A stretch of 36,746 bases of DNA from Blastocystis sp. subtype 4 (taxonomy: Eukaryota): positions 1 through 36,746 of the forward strand of contig NW_014569438.1 of NCBI RefSeq assembly GCF_000743755.1, given 5' to 3'. The stretch's first letter is position 1. Every line of letters starts with the position of its first letter. Below are positions 21,067-36,354 of this stretch, in pieces. The translations under genes were made by a program, and so were the position numbers. The notes beneath the pieces were generated by a model. It did not search any database, was not told the origin of the DNA, and worked only from the letters and a program-made list of their open reading frames with translations.

Positions 21067-23972
21067 TTAGTTAGTAAAGTACTCTTTCAGGTACTTTGAC
21101 ATGAATTGCTTCTTCGAGATATTCATTAGAATATTCTGCTCAGCGATACTGATTGACTGAGATACTTCTTTCAGATTGTTCTCTTCCTTCGCAAAGAATG
21201 CTTGGAATTCAGTTAATTCTGAAGGAGTATCCAACACAGAACCACCTGCCTCAACGAAATAGCCAAGCATATTGAAAGAACCTCTCAGACTGTCCTTCAA
21301 CTTGCCCAAATTCTCCGCTAAGTATTCCCAACACATCTTATGATATTGACGATTGCGTACAACACTAGCAAAGCATGTATACGTATCCTGCTTACGAACT
21401 GTTCCATCCAGAGTGAAACCTAAAATACGACGTACCAGATTCGGGAAACGGGCCTGACCTACTGCTGCTATAATACGTCGCTTCTCAGCACCTGTTGTCG
21501 TCTCGTACTTCTCCATCAGCTGACTGATTGTTCGAGATACAGTCAATTCGTCTCCTTCCTTTACACCTTCACGCATACACAACAAACGGATCTCAGTATG
21601 GCAGACCGTTTCGTCGTTGTGCTTCATTAGTTCATTAAATCGACGAAGTGCTTCTGCACGTACAGTCTCATCCTCACAAATAGTACACAACGCTCTAGTC
21701 CATAAATCCAATCCCCATCTCTCACCCAAGAATCAAAGGACGTGCTGAAGTCTCATAAACATTCTCACCTTCAATTGGATCCCAACCACACACTTCATAT
21801 CCATGATACAACAACTGACGAGTGTATTCTTGATAAGGTACTTTTAGAGACTCATCAACATCTTCATAGAGCGAATTCAGTAATGATACTTCAAATTCAA
21901 GCACAGACCAATCATTCTCCTGTTTATAAGCCTCCATAAATGAAAGAAGATCCGATGGTTTCACTCTCTGGGCGTTACACAGGCGTTTCATATCCAGAAG
22001 AAGTTGAATTCGATCTAATGAAGAGATTTCTTGATCAGCAACAGCCTGTTTCAAAGCTGAAAGCATTGAAGCAGGATACTGAACAAGACAGAGAGTATAC
22101 TGATTGATCTTCAACCACTTATTTTCCTTCATCAATCGAGCGATCAATGTATCAAATTCTTCCTTCTTCTCATTCTCATATAACACCTGTTGTACTCCTG
22201 AAGGAGTAACAATAGCCAACGGAATCTTCCACTCACTACAATCAATTCTCGATCTCAGTTCTACCTTTCCTTCACAGGTTCTGCTGGGTTACTGAAAAAG
22301 ACTTGTTGATGTGACTCGATACGACCATCCTTCTCATCGAGTACGAGCAAAGGATATCCAGGTTCTTGGGTCCAACTACATATGAATCAGAAATTCCATA
22401 AAAACTTCTTCATAATGGCTTCACAGTCAAATCCACTTCCTTCACTCAAAGCTCTCCATAGATCTTCTGTGCAAGTATTCGAATACTTGTGACGATTCAA
22501 GTATATTTGCATTCCTTTTCTGAAAGCTTCTTTTCCAATGAAACTGACAAGCATATGAATGACTGAAGAACCCTTGTTGTAGCTTATTCCATCAAATATC
22601 TGATCAATCTCTTCAGGATACTTGACAGGTACTTCAATAGGATGAGTAGAAGTGAATGAGTCATCATAGAATGCAGTGCAGAAACTATCACTGTAAAACT
22701 CGGTGAACATGTTCCATTGAGGGAACAGATCATCAACACACACATATTCCATGTATGAAGCAAAGCCTTCATTCAACCACAAATGAGTCCACCACTCCAT
22801 TGTCACCAAGTCTCCAAACCACTACTTCTGAAGTGTATCCATTTGACTTACCATATGAGCAATCTCGTGAGAGACCACAAGAGAAACTCTCTTTTTGTTG
22901 GCAATACTCGCCGTCTTCTCATCAATCAGAACATCAACTTCGCGGAATGTCACACAACCCCAGTTCTCCATAGCCCCAGCAGCAAAATCTGGAATTGGAA
23001 GCAAATCCAGTTTCTTCAGTGGATAAGGAATATGGAAGAAGTCCTTTGCATTATCACACTCCATTTGTTTATACTGCATAGAAAGCAATAGCATGAAGAC
23101 CCACTTGCAGAGCAAAGTTACCCCATTCACTCTTACCTAGAGGAGTATAACTAGAGATTAGAAATGTGTCTTACTCGAACCAGTTCACCTGAACTCCATT
23201 CTTGCTGAAACCACTGATCATATCAAATTCACCAACAACAAAAGCAAGAAGGTATGTGGACATGATGGGAGTTTCGTCAAATTCAAAGATCTAGAGTGAA
23301 AAAGGAATAGGATGAAATACATTCTTCATCCCATGATCGTTAACAGTCAATTTCTTAACCACAGGCATATTACTCACAGCAGTGTAACCAACTGGAGTTG
23401 TTAGCCATACTCGGAAACGAGCCTTTAAAGCAGGTTCATCCCAACAAGGGAAGGCCATTCTAGCATCTGTTGACTCGAATTGAGTTGTGGCCATGTACTT
23501 TTCAACTCCATCCACAGAGTACTTGCTACGGTAGAAACCTTGCATGTAGTCATTGAGGATTCCACTGAAAACAACATGAAGCATGGCAGTCCCTTGTTTC
23601 AGAGGATGATCCAGCTTAAAGACCACACGTTGTTGTTTCTTGAGAACAAGAATTCTAGAGCTAAATCGTCCTTTATGTCCATACTGGTCAATCTTTGTTT
23701 CCACGTCCGCTACAGTTAGAGATGCAGACTACATGAATAACAAAACTAGGAGACGTATCGTACGTGAATTGCGAGTTCCTTCGCATTGAGCATAACAAAA
23801 TCAGTTTCTTCCTTGACATTTAGCTCAATGTCAACATATCCAGAGAACGTCCATTTCGTTAAATCAATATCTTCATAGTGAAGTGCATACCTAAGGTTCA
23901 CAATGAACTCATTGCCTACTTCACAGGTACAACATTCTTAGGTAATCTCACTTCTTCAATAGCAGCTTCCAT
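21067..23972 (-). CDS. M1 family zinc aminopeptidase, puromycin-sensitive type
   Basis: RLPKNVVP, GFYRSKY, TQFESTDARMAFPCWDEP, GAMENWG, HEIAHMWFGDLVTMEWW..LWLNEGFA, YNKGSSV, and an ERAP1-like C-terminal domain. Confidence 0.95.
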
Positions 23973-24134
23973 ACTTTTCTTTTGACAAATAGAATCATTG
24001 TCAAAAGAATCGAAAAACCGTTCTTCCCGCCTTGAAAAAACTATAGGATGGGAAGGCTTGAAATGTATAGTTCACTGAACATCACAAAACATGAATAGGA
24101 AAACAGCGTAAATCGTTGGTATTTCGACAAACTA

Positions 24135-27100
24135 ATGTTTGAAAGACTACGTAAAGCTGGAGCCAATCTGACCAAGTTTGAAAATCTTGGATTGCCAAAG
24201 ATGACGGCTCCTCCTCCTCAGGAGAAGGAAACTCCTCTCTGTGGAGTGATCAGACGTGAAACAATCCTTCCAGATGAATTGAACACAACAGATTTCACTC
24301 GAGAACAACGGAAGAAGCGAACGGACGTATGGCGCAGATTTGAGTGATTAAGATATAGGCTTTGAAAGCGCAGCAGGAGATGGATGAGCAAGTGCTTAGT
24401 GTCCAGCTAGATCCTGCACGAATGGAGGAAAACTTTGATCCTGTCCCTGAAGTCATTGTAATAGATATACTTTGGTTTATAATTGGTTTAGAAAGATTAT
24501 CCAAATGATGAAGACATGAACGAGTTTTGGATGATTAAAACGGAAGGTCTGTTGAAATCTCAAATGGAAATTGTCGATGACCATCTCAATCGTGCTGTTT
24601 CTGCCAATTACAATGATTTCTTGACAGGCATTAAGCTCATTCAGGAGATTGATTTGGATCTGAGTCGTTCTGATATTTTCGTACAGAACACTCGTCGAAT
24701 GCTGGAAGCTTCCAAGAAACAGATTACAATCATATCCTTTGTTATGAATGTGTTGTGATGCCTTCACAGTACCCTGGATTATCTGTTGCTCATCAGAGAC
24801 GTCGTGAGATTCGTCTTCGTCAAGTCCAGAGTATCATTGAATCAATTCAGGCCTTGTCTCAAGTGGAATCCACACTTCATAAGGTCATTGAAGGTGGAGA
24901 TATCATCAAAGGTGTAGAGATCGCTTCCGAGTTGGAATCTATGATCATGTCAGAGGCATTGATGCAGTATACATGTCTGGATTCTATGCGTGCTCGAATT
25001 GAAGATTTATGGCCTCAGCTGAAGGAGAAATTGGTTCAGAATATTCGTGAACAACTCATCGAATTTGATCCCTTCATCTATAGCAACGTCTTCCGTACAT
25101 ACAGTGTTTTAGATGCTCATCTCACTGCTATGCAAGCTCAGAAACTTAAGAAACAAGCATTAGCAGAGAGTGCTAGTAATCGGAGTTTGGTTGGCAAAGA
25201 CGGTGGCTCGGCTCAAGGAAAGTCATCCAGTGCAAGTTCGTTGAAATTACTTCCAGCCAAGAAACCTGCAAAGCGTGATAGTTATGTTGATGTCCTTCAG
25301 AAGTGAGAATAACAGGAAGAATTGATTGATAGATGTGCTTGTGGTCTGATCACGGAGAAGAGTGAAGCTGTTCTGAAAGAATTCCTGATGCAACGCAAAG
25401 AGATGGCTCTACCTCGTGATCTGGTTCAGCAAATGGGATTCACACAGTTATGTACCTCCTTGAAGTATCCTGAAGTGAGAGATTGGAACGATTTGTGAGT
25501 AATAGTATCCGAAGAGTCTACGTGTTGTGATGGAGAGTGTTCTCGAAGTTCTTCATAGTTTCTACTTGATTTGTCAATGGCATCGCAAGCCTTTTGAAGA
25601 AGAGAGTTATGACTTGGATCAGTTGCATCAGAAGAATGTCATGGAGAATGAAGAAGAAGAAATTGGAAAGGAGAATGAGAAAGACTTGACTTCTTTTGCA
25701 ATGGCAGATAAAGAGGGTGTTTCTGGTACTACTCTCTTGATGGTTCGTCGTCAATTGCGTGTATCACGTCGTGTAAGGATGAATAAGTTGATTGATCTTA
25801 AGTCTATTTGGCAGCATTCACAGAGACTCGTTAATGACTTCATCAACTGTAGCAAGCTTGATAATAGTAACACTCATCTCGTGAAACAAATCCTTGTGAA
25901 TGATCTTTGCATGTATTTCATGAAAGTCTGATCACTGAACATCTCTTATACATAGCTTGGTGAAGTATTCTGTGGAAGTACTTCAGAGGAATTGAAGAGC
26001 AAGTTGGCAGCTAAGCAATGCAAATATATTGAGCACATCCACAGTAATACACTGGAAGTCTTAAAGAATTCATTAGAGACAGAAATGTGGCAAGTAGGAA
26101 TTCCAGAAATCAAATCATTTTTAGCCATTCCCAATGAAGCTTGCTGAAATGAATGGTTTCCCAGGATTGCTTCAGAGTACGCTCTCAATTCCTGAAGAAG
26201 AGAATATGTTTTTGTGGAGTAGTTCAAGTAATGTGGAGTCTGTGTTTATGAATTGGAAACATGACGGTAACTGCTTTGAAGAAGGGAAGAAGTTACAATT
26301 GGTTGTGGGACGATATCCTGAAGTGAAGAACAGTATAGATAATGCTCTGATTCTAACAGGAGTTGGGATTAATGCGTTTATCAAAAGTGTTAGCAAATAT
26401 ATGGATTTGATGCTTCATCTTCCATTATGTGCAGACTTAGTGTTTGCAGAATTATTGAATCTGGTTGATTACTATGTATATGGAGTAACTACTTTGTTTG
26501 CTCCTGAAGCACTATTGAATACTTTGTTTGTTGTCACGGATGGAAGTGAAATCTATCCATATATTGTACCATTCATTCGTCAATGTCAGCATATCTTATT
26601 CCCTAAAGAAATTGAAGAGAATGAGGAACAAGAAAGTGTGACAGAATTAGTTGAGAAATTAACGCCTTTATCTCAAGAACGAGATGATAATGAGGATCAT
26701 GAAGTAAGTTTTATACCATTCTCGTAAACTCTAGCTTCCACAACCAATTCTAACAGTCGATCCTTCTCTGTTGGAAGAGAATCGAGAGATCCGTCGTGTG
26801 GTGGCAGCAGAGAGTACTCGTTTGTTCTCGGCATTGTTCGATGCCATTCATGATCGGGTGAAGGCTCTCTCTCCGATGGTCTCAAGTGATCGTGTGAAGC
26901 AATACATATCAGAGTTACCTGAGATCACACAAGACTTGTGTAAGATGTTCTATCGCTGTTCTTCTCACAACATCCTTCAAGTATGAATTGTTGTTTCCAA
27001 TCATCATTAGCGTCTTGATGAATATAAACCACTGATCATCAAACAGAAATGGGATATTCGTACAGCGAAGAATCGTGATAGTGATTATATCACTATGATT

Positions 27101-27571
27101 GAGGATGACTTGAAGGAGACATGGGACGTATTGAACACAGCTCTCACAGAAGGTCGTCTAACTGTGTTATGTGTCTCTCGGTTCTGGCGTGTGCTGATGG
27201 GTTGTATATTGGAAGAGCTTCTCTTGTCTTATATTGCTGTTAAGAAGTGCTCACAAGAGGGTAGAGAGCAGATGGCAATGGATACAACAGCAATATACAA
27301 CTATGCAACTAGTCTCTGTGACATTCAGCCAGCAGACGATGCTAAGGACTTGAAGTATGTGTTGGACTATGTGACATGTTGTAAGTTGGATGAGCCTTCG
27401 GATGTGATTGCATGGGTGGAGAAGCATCATAATGATTATGGAACAGATGTGATTGATTCTATATTGAACTTTGCAATGGCCAAGAAGTTGAGTAAGCAAA
27501 AATTCAAGGAGTTGAAGGAAGCAATTCAAAGTATGTTTGCAGAAGGAGGAGAAGAGGTAAAGGAAGAATGA
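24135..27571 (+). CDS. VPS50: VPS50/syndetin-like (EARP complex; Vps54/Vps50 family)
   Basis: Vps54_N-like segment (QMEIVDDHLNRAVSANYNDFLTGIKLIQEI), LETEMWQ, and C-terminal KKCSQEGREQMAMD...YVLDYV. Confidence 0.8.
24732..24772 (+). other. U12-type AT-AC intron, 41 nt
   Basis: Perfect 5' ATATCCTTT, branch-like GCCTTCAC, 3' TAC. Removal joins ORF 24516 to ORF 24755 in frame (KKQITI|PGLSVAHQRRR). Confidence 0.88.
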
Positions 27572-27580
27572 TTGTGAGAA

Positions 27581-27588
27581 TGTTTGTT
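27581..27588 (+). terminator. TGTTTGTT poly(A) element of VPS50
   Basis: Exact motif 9 nt after TGA. Confidence 0.75.
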
Positions 27589-27628
27589 GCTCAAGTAGTT
27601 ATTCAAAGAAACATTCAACATATACATA

Positions 27629-28464
27629 TTACTTGCAACATCCTTTTTGTTCTGTAGGTGGCTGAGGCGTGACTATGGGAGTAGTAGGAACATTTGGAGG
27701 AGGTGCATGAGTTCTTGGTAAATGTCGAGCTATCGTCTCGAATACTAGATCAATGTTCTCTTTGGTTTTCGCCTATCCTCAATTCCAATCGATATTCCTA
27801 CAGATACTTCAAAAAAGATAATATTTGCTTCTTTTGCATATTCCTCAGCAAGCTCTTTCGGTACTTCCCTCTATTTGTCAATTAAACTTCTCAAATAATC
27901 TACATTCTCTACAAGATCACACTTATTGCCAGCCAAAGCAATGACCAGCTCCGGATTGTTGGCTACAGATAAATTCAATCCAATATTCTTACAGTTTTGC
28001 TTGAGTTCTGTAACCCAATCCTTTGCACGAGCAAAGGTGACCTAACAATGAACAACAGTGATGAAACTTACTCGACTGGTGATGTCATAAATCACAATCG
28101 CACCCTTTGCACCTCTGTAGTACATTGGAGCAAGAGAATGATAACTACAGATCAATTCAAACGAAATCATCTACCGTTCCTGACCTGCAGTATCCCAAAT
28201 ATCAAATTTTACAATATCATTGTCGATCTTAATCGTCTGACTCAGAAAGGCAGCTATTCCTTTAGTATAACAAAGAAGCCCGTACCACCGATAGTACTCT
28301 CTTGATTCTCCAAGAATTGGTCTCTAACATATCTTTGGACAATACTTGACTTTCCAACAGCTGTTTCTCCTAGAAGAACCTAGAATCAGAATACTTCATG
28401 AAAAACAGTCTACAATCTTATATTTGAAGAGTTGAGTTCCATTCATATCTTGAGCCAAAGACAT
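27629..28464 (-). CDS. RAB5: Rab5-family small GTPase, 7 introns
   Basis: [60 protein letters not shown]-terminal GCCK. Confidence 0.93.
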
Positions 28465-28703
28465 TTCCGAAGACAAGTAAGAATGAGAGAATAATGCAAA
28501 TTGAAACACAATCACGGTTATCTGTTGTTGTTACTGGAGACACAATGGTTTATTTGTTTTAATAGGAAGTCCTTCGACAATACACTGTTAGTGAAATCGA
28601 TAGAATGTTCGAAAGGAGTCACGTTTTTGAACAACAGAATTCATTCTTCTTTGCTATCGGAGTCCATTTGTTAACATAGCTTTTGTTTGAAATCGCATAA
28701 GGA

Positions 28704-30493
28704 ATGGATCTCTCCAAGGTGTTTAAGGGTTCTCTTGTAAAAGTGATTGCAGAGCTTCGTTCTCTAGTTCCAAAAGGTATTTTGTTGAAGAAAAGGCATC
28801 ATTCGCAGAAGAGTTTGATGCTGCAGTAAAGAAGATCATACCTGAAGGATTGGATGGAATTGAGAATTTTAAATATGAACAGATAAAAAGGGATGGAAAT
28901 GGTTGTTTCTACTGCGATGTCGGTTATTTTTAGAGAAAGTTTCTAAAGAATCCAAAAAACAGAGAGTATTTGATATCACAAAGTATCGAAGGCGACATAT
29001 TGCCCTTCGAGTGGGTTTTGGTGGTTTGCTGTGAGAATAGATCTTCTACGATGGGTCCAAAATGGGAGGATTTGCACAACATGACAGTTGCTCTCTATTA
29101 GAAGGAATGGCTGATGACAATTCGATTGAGACTTCCATTTTCGCTGCTTTAAAACGTGTGAACCTGATTGACGATATCACAAAGTGTCGATATCATCGAT
29201 GTGGACGAACGGATGCTGGCGTGAGTGCATTCAATCAAGTGATCTCTTTATACCTTCGATCGAATCTGCGTTCCGGAGTCGAATTTGCGGATGAATATGA
29301 TCCTACCATTATCTACAACCCTCCTGAGGAGAAACTCCAGACGAAACCTGCTGTTGAGTTTGATTACCCGGCTGTAGTTCTGGCACATCATATCAATTAT
29401 AGGTTCTCAATAAGGTTCTTCCTCCGAATATTCGGGTTACTGGATGGTGTCCAGTGGATCGTGATTTCAGCGCTCGTTTCTCATGTTGTGGTAGATATAC
29501 TGAGGGATGTTGATGTGTAGGACGTGTCTATCGATATTATTTCTTGCGTCGAGAATATGATGTGGACATTCTTCGACAAGCTGTGAAATTGTTAGAAGGA
29601 GAGCATGATTTCCGTAATTTCTGTCGTATTGATGCCGTAAATGTATGTGATTTCACAAGAACCATCTTTCAGGGTGATGTGGTCCTTGTGAAGAAAGGGT
29701 AGACAATAGAGAATTTAGTAATGTTTAGTGTTGACAATAGTCATGATGTGATGGCTGTGGAGATTATTGGACGGGCCTTTCTCTGGCATCAAGTAGGAAT
29801 GAAAGTATGTATTCAGAAATGTAGATTCGATGTATTATGAGTATTCTATTTCTCGTAGGAAGCAAAAAAGAGGATCTTTCGGTGATTCCTGATTTACTTG
29901 ATGTGACGAAATCTCCTCAGAAACCACAATATCTGATGGCTGATCCAGAGCCTCTTATATTGTACGATTGTGTGTTCAATCCAGGAGACAATGCAAAGGA
30001 TTCTCGTTCGAAACGTTATTATGATATCATTCATTCTCATCCTCTTTTCCAGCCAATTGTGGATAGCAACGAAACAAGTAAATATAATTGCAATCCGTGT
30101 TGTTTTGATGATTCGTTGTCTCCAACTGCCTTGAGAGATTTAATTGGCTATGGAGAGGGTCAGCTATATGATTGTGAGGTAACAATGGCTCGCTATCAAC
30201 AGATGCTTGATGGAGTGTATGCTGAGTATGAAGATCGTGTGAAGGATCTCCCACCGAAGAAGAGTGATTTTAGGGAGTTGATGAATTATAACTATATACC
30301 CTTAGAACGAAGATCCAGAGCCCGTGAGATATAATCCCATTTATGATTTGTAGCATCGTATGAGGACCGGATTCGATCAATGGGCAATACTTCGCTTCTT
30401 AAGCTGCAAAACCGATATCAGAATGTTGATTTGGACAAGAATGAGTTCATTCCGGATGTGATTAAAGAGAAGTTAGGACAATCACGTCAGTAG
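28704..30493 (+). CDS. PUS3: tRNA pseudouridine(38/39) synthase, TruA family
   Basis: FDITKYRRRHIALRIFYDG, RCGRTDAGVSAFNQVISLYLRS, FSARFSC, GEHDFRNFC, GRAFLWHQIRCIM, KPQYLMADPEPLILYDC. Confidence 0.93.
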
Positions 30494-30495
30494 TC

Positions 30496-30503
30496 TGTTT
30501 GTT
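30496..30503 (+). terminator. TGTTTGTT poly(A) element of PUS3
   Basis: Exact motif 2 nt after TAG. Confidence 0.75.
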
Positions 30504-30584
30504 GAACGAATGAATAGTGGAACTCGTTGAACCGTTTTTGGGCATTTCTCGGTTTCCCCATTATTTGTTTCTCTGTATTCTTGT

Positions 30585-31040
30585 ATGCGTGCTTCTCTTC
30601 CAGTTTCCAAGGAAAAGACACGGAGATGTAGACAGTGCTTTGTTGTAAAGGCTTTGTCTTGCTATCTGAATCAAACCAAAACTGGTTTCTGTGTTGTCTG
30701 TGACAGATGTAGAAAATCCCAGAGACGTCGATACCATTGTAGTTCTTTTTGGTTGTCTTGATGGTAGTGAAGCGAGCCAAGAAGCTTCAACAAATGGCTA
30801 AACTGATTGCGTCAGAATTAGAAGCATCTTCTGATTCAAATTCTTCACCTATGTGTTCTATTTATAGTGATGAGGTTCTTGAGCCTCCTCGAGCTATTAT
30901 TCCATGCCCGACATGGTGTTGTGTAAATCCGCAAGACATTTTCTCTAATGCGTTTGACCAACCTGTTCGAGCTAAGTTACTATATCATGCTACTGTAAAG
31001 ACAGCTGTTTCTCTGTCTTAACTAGGATCTTGAAACGTAA
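30585..31040 (+). CDS. Small (~130 aa) zinc-finger protein: CxxC...CxxC plus basic helix; 2 introns
   Basis: MRASLPVSKEKTRRCRQCFVVKALSCYLNQTKTGFCVVCDRCRKSQRRRYH joins ORF 30749 through a 29-nt intron. The last exon is DLET*. Confidence 0.65.
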
Positions 31041-31081
31041 TCTGTGGAGTTGTAATTCACTTCTCTTATGATTACTATTTC

Positions 31082-31097
31082 TGTTTATTCACAAACA
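31082..31097. terminator. Abutting convergent poly(A) elements, TGTTTATT (+) and TGTTTGTG (-)
   Basis: tgtttatt-cacaaaca between the zinc-finger gene and THOC7. Confidence 0.65.
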
Positions 31098-31843
31098 TGA
31101 GATTCTTCCACTTCCATTTGTTCGTCTTCATCTAGAGATTCTTGTATTTGAATGCCCAGGATTTCGTTTTTCACCTTTACAAAGGCTTCAAAGATGGAAT
31201 GAAGTTTTGTACTATCTTCTTCCATCTTTTTCCTTAACTTAGATATTTCTGTTTCAATGCGAAGGATGTGATTATGTGTCTTTTCAATATCGCTATCAGT
31301 TAATTGAAATCTGAAATATCACGTTTGAAGTTCTTCTTTCTTTGGAAAAGCATTCACTTCAATAGAACGTCGTTCAATTTCATTCATCTCTTTTAGCTTT
31401 TGTAGTGAAGCCTGAACTTCCTTCTCTAACTGTAGTTTCTCTTCATTGAGCGATCGTATTAGACTATCTATCCATGAGAAGAATATATTATTCAAACCAG
31501 ATTCGTTAATAATTGACGTAAATGTGATGAGATCTGTATCCAAACACTCCTTTAACTCTGGAATCCGCTGCATTAGAAAACGCATCAAATCCAACGATGA
31601 GAGGGCCTTATATCGTTTAATCTCTCTGCATTTCAAGTCAGTTTTATCTCTACTTGTTTCCAGAATCCGAATTGTAAGCATTGAAGAAGCGCAAACAGTC
31701 ATTTAAACATATTGAAACAGAAGGAATCGATGGATTGATTACAGACTCGTGCTCATTAAGACGCTTTCGAATAATCAGGTCATCTACACATCAATACGTT
31801 CTCTTATTTCTATCATACCATTCAAATATGGAGTCTTCGCCAT
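31085..31843 (-). CDS. THOC7: THO complex subunit 7-like; functional stop probably made at 31102 by polyadenylation
   Basis: N-terminal DDLIIRKRL, then YKALSSLDLMRFLMQR, a coiled coil and VNAFPKKEELQ, matching the THOC7/Mft1 layout. Confidence 0.7.
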
Positions 31844-31947
31844 TTTCCTTTTCGTGCTTGAGAAAATGACAAATGAAGAGAATCTCCTTCTTTCTGGATT
31901 CCGAAAAGAGTCCCTCTTTTCTATATCATTTGAACCTATAGCAACGA

Positions 31948-34342
<2,395 letters not shown>

Positions 34343-34411
34343 TAGTAATGTATGGACTATTTACCTATTATGCAATTATCTATCCAATTTGAGACATGCA
34401 AGATTCATTCT

Positions 34412-34419
34412 CACAAACA
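34412..34419 (-). terminator. TGTTTGTG poly(A) element of RPL23A
   Basis: One-mismatch motif downstream of TAA. Confidence 0.6.
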
Positions 34420-34457
34420 CAAAACTCTTGATCAAAGCTAAACCACGGACCATCGCT

Positions 34458-34954
34458 TTAGAAGATACCAATCTTGTTGGCAACGTCCATAGCCTCAGAG
34501 TCTCCAGAGAGACGCACGAAAGCCTTCTTGAAACCGAGAGCAGTGATCACAGTGTTAACCTTCTGGCACTTCACTCCATAGAGCTTGTTGATGGCATTAC
34601 GGATCTGCTTCTTGTTAGCACGGAGATCGACAAAGAAGGAGAGGATGTTCTCAGACTACACAATTAGAATGCTCAATTTACATGATTACCTCAATCTTCT
34701 TCATAGCAGACTCAGTGACAACAGGCTTCTTGATGATGGCGTAAATATCCATCTTGTTCTCCTTAGCCACAGACTTACGCTCATACTTGGGCTTACGAGC
34801 GAGCTCAAGAGTATGAGGGCGGAAGAAGTGGGTCTTGGTGTGAATCTGACCTACTCTCTTCTTTTGAACACGCTGAACCTTCTTAGCAGCAGCAGCAGCT
34901 AGACCGATTAGACCATTCCAAAAATCAAATCAAACCCTGAGTAGCCTTGACCAT
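34458..34954 (-). CDS. RPL23A: 60S ribosomal protein L23a (uL23), 2 introns
   Basis: [60 protein letters not shown]. Confidence 0.97.
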
Positions 34955-35193
34955 TGGTATTCTATTTGCCAAGAAAGGACAATCGACTAGATCCAGGGGG
35001 TCAATTAGACTTATAGAGGAATTCGTAGGATTATCTGATTTACCCTAGACAATTCATGATTGTTGATTATTGAATTATCGAGAGATTAGAAACTCTTTCC
35101 GATTACTAATATACGTAAATTGCTCCGAGAAGGAATTTGAAAGAGAATTACAATTACGATGGCTGTATCAACCAACTGCTTGTAAAGAGTCTG

Positions 35194-35201
35194 AACAAAC
35201 A
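35194..35201 (-). terminator. TGTTTGTT poly(A) element of NOC2
   Basis: Exact motif downstream of the TAA at 35261. Confidence 0.65.
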
Positions 35202-35260
35202 AGATATAGGAATAAATAGTCACTAATTATACGAAGGAGTGAATTGAAAGATAAAAACAA

Positions 35261-36354
35261 TTAGGCACTATCACCTAGTGACCCAGTAATCGCTTCACGG
35301 GCTCGAATCATACTTTCAATCTGTTTCTCCAGTTTCTGTGAAAGTGCACGTGTAGCACTGCTCCACTGACTTACACGGCATTTCTTTGCATATGCCTTCA
35401 ACGACCGGGCTACTGGATAGGCTACTTCAGGGAATGCCACTTCTTTCTCCAGAAGCTTCATATAATCAGCCAGCAAGGCTACTGCACGCGATACAATAGT
35501 ATCCTGAACGGCCCGAGAGCCCACAAACGTCTTTGATACTTTGATGGCAAAGTTCACATCAGGAGGTTTGGCTGTCACTGGAGCCGGCTTCTCCATAAAC
35601 TTCTCGTTCTACTCATTATATGGACATTATTTACAAACTTCGATCACCTCCAGAAGGAGAGGAGGAACAGGAATATACACACCAGTTGCTGCTGTGATCT
35701 GGATGAACAGATCCACACAATGAAGGCGAACTGGATAGTAACGAACAGTAGGAATCAGATTCACTGTGCTTTCGATCACTTGAATCAGAGGATAAACCAG
35801 AGGTTGGAAGGCTTCCTTCAGAGATGGTTCTATCACCATATATGTCCACAGACGCAGACAATTCACAAATTGCCAACTATACACTGAATGAATACTACAA
35901 ATCAATCGCATTCAAATCTATCACTCAACAGCATTCATAGATGTCATTGCCTTACGAACATGAATGGCCAACTGACGGAGATAAACAAAAGCATGCTGAT
36001 ATCCGCTCACGGGATCCATCGAATACAGTTCCGTCACACAGTTTCGCATAACCACAAACCGTTCATGAGTGAGAGAAGTGTAGTTCTTCGAAGCCTTCAC
36101 AAAACTCAAATACATCATCTATATATTGTCTTCAACCCGAACTAATCATACTTTCATGGCAGACTCCATAAGGAAGGAATTCTTTGAAACTAACTTTCGC
36201 AACGTCAAAAACGCATTCAACCGATCCTTCTATTCATTACAATCCATACATAGTCACTGACTTCATTCTCTGAGGAACTCCATTCTTTCACAAGGAAAAC
36301 GAGATATTTCTTTGCCTCCTTCTTTGACATCTCCTTAGAATTCTCTTCTTCCAT
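35261..36354 (-). CDS. NOC2: NOC2-domain protein (nucleolar complex protein 2), lacking the usual N-terminal half; alternative start at 36471
   Basis: YQHAFVYLRQLAIHVRKA, VYSWQFVNCLRLW, PLVYPLIQV, PTVRYYPVRLH, TGVYIP, AFPEVAYP. Confidence 0.85.

Noticed and set aside
22349..22358. ATATCCTTT on the minus strand as a further U12 donor
   Set aside because: It encodes the conserved QEPGYPLL motif of M1 aminopeptidases, and the frame is continuous.
34955..35190. Possible snoRNA or other ncRNA between RPL23A and NOC2
   Set aside because: No convincing paired C/D boxes, H/ACA hairpins or tRNA fold. Most simply the RPL23A promoter.
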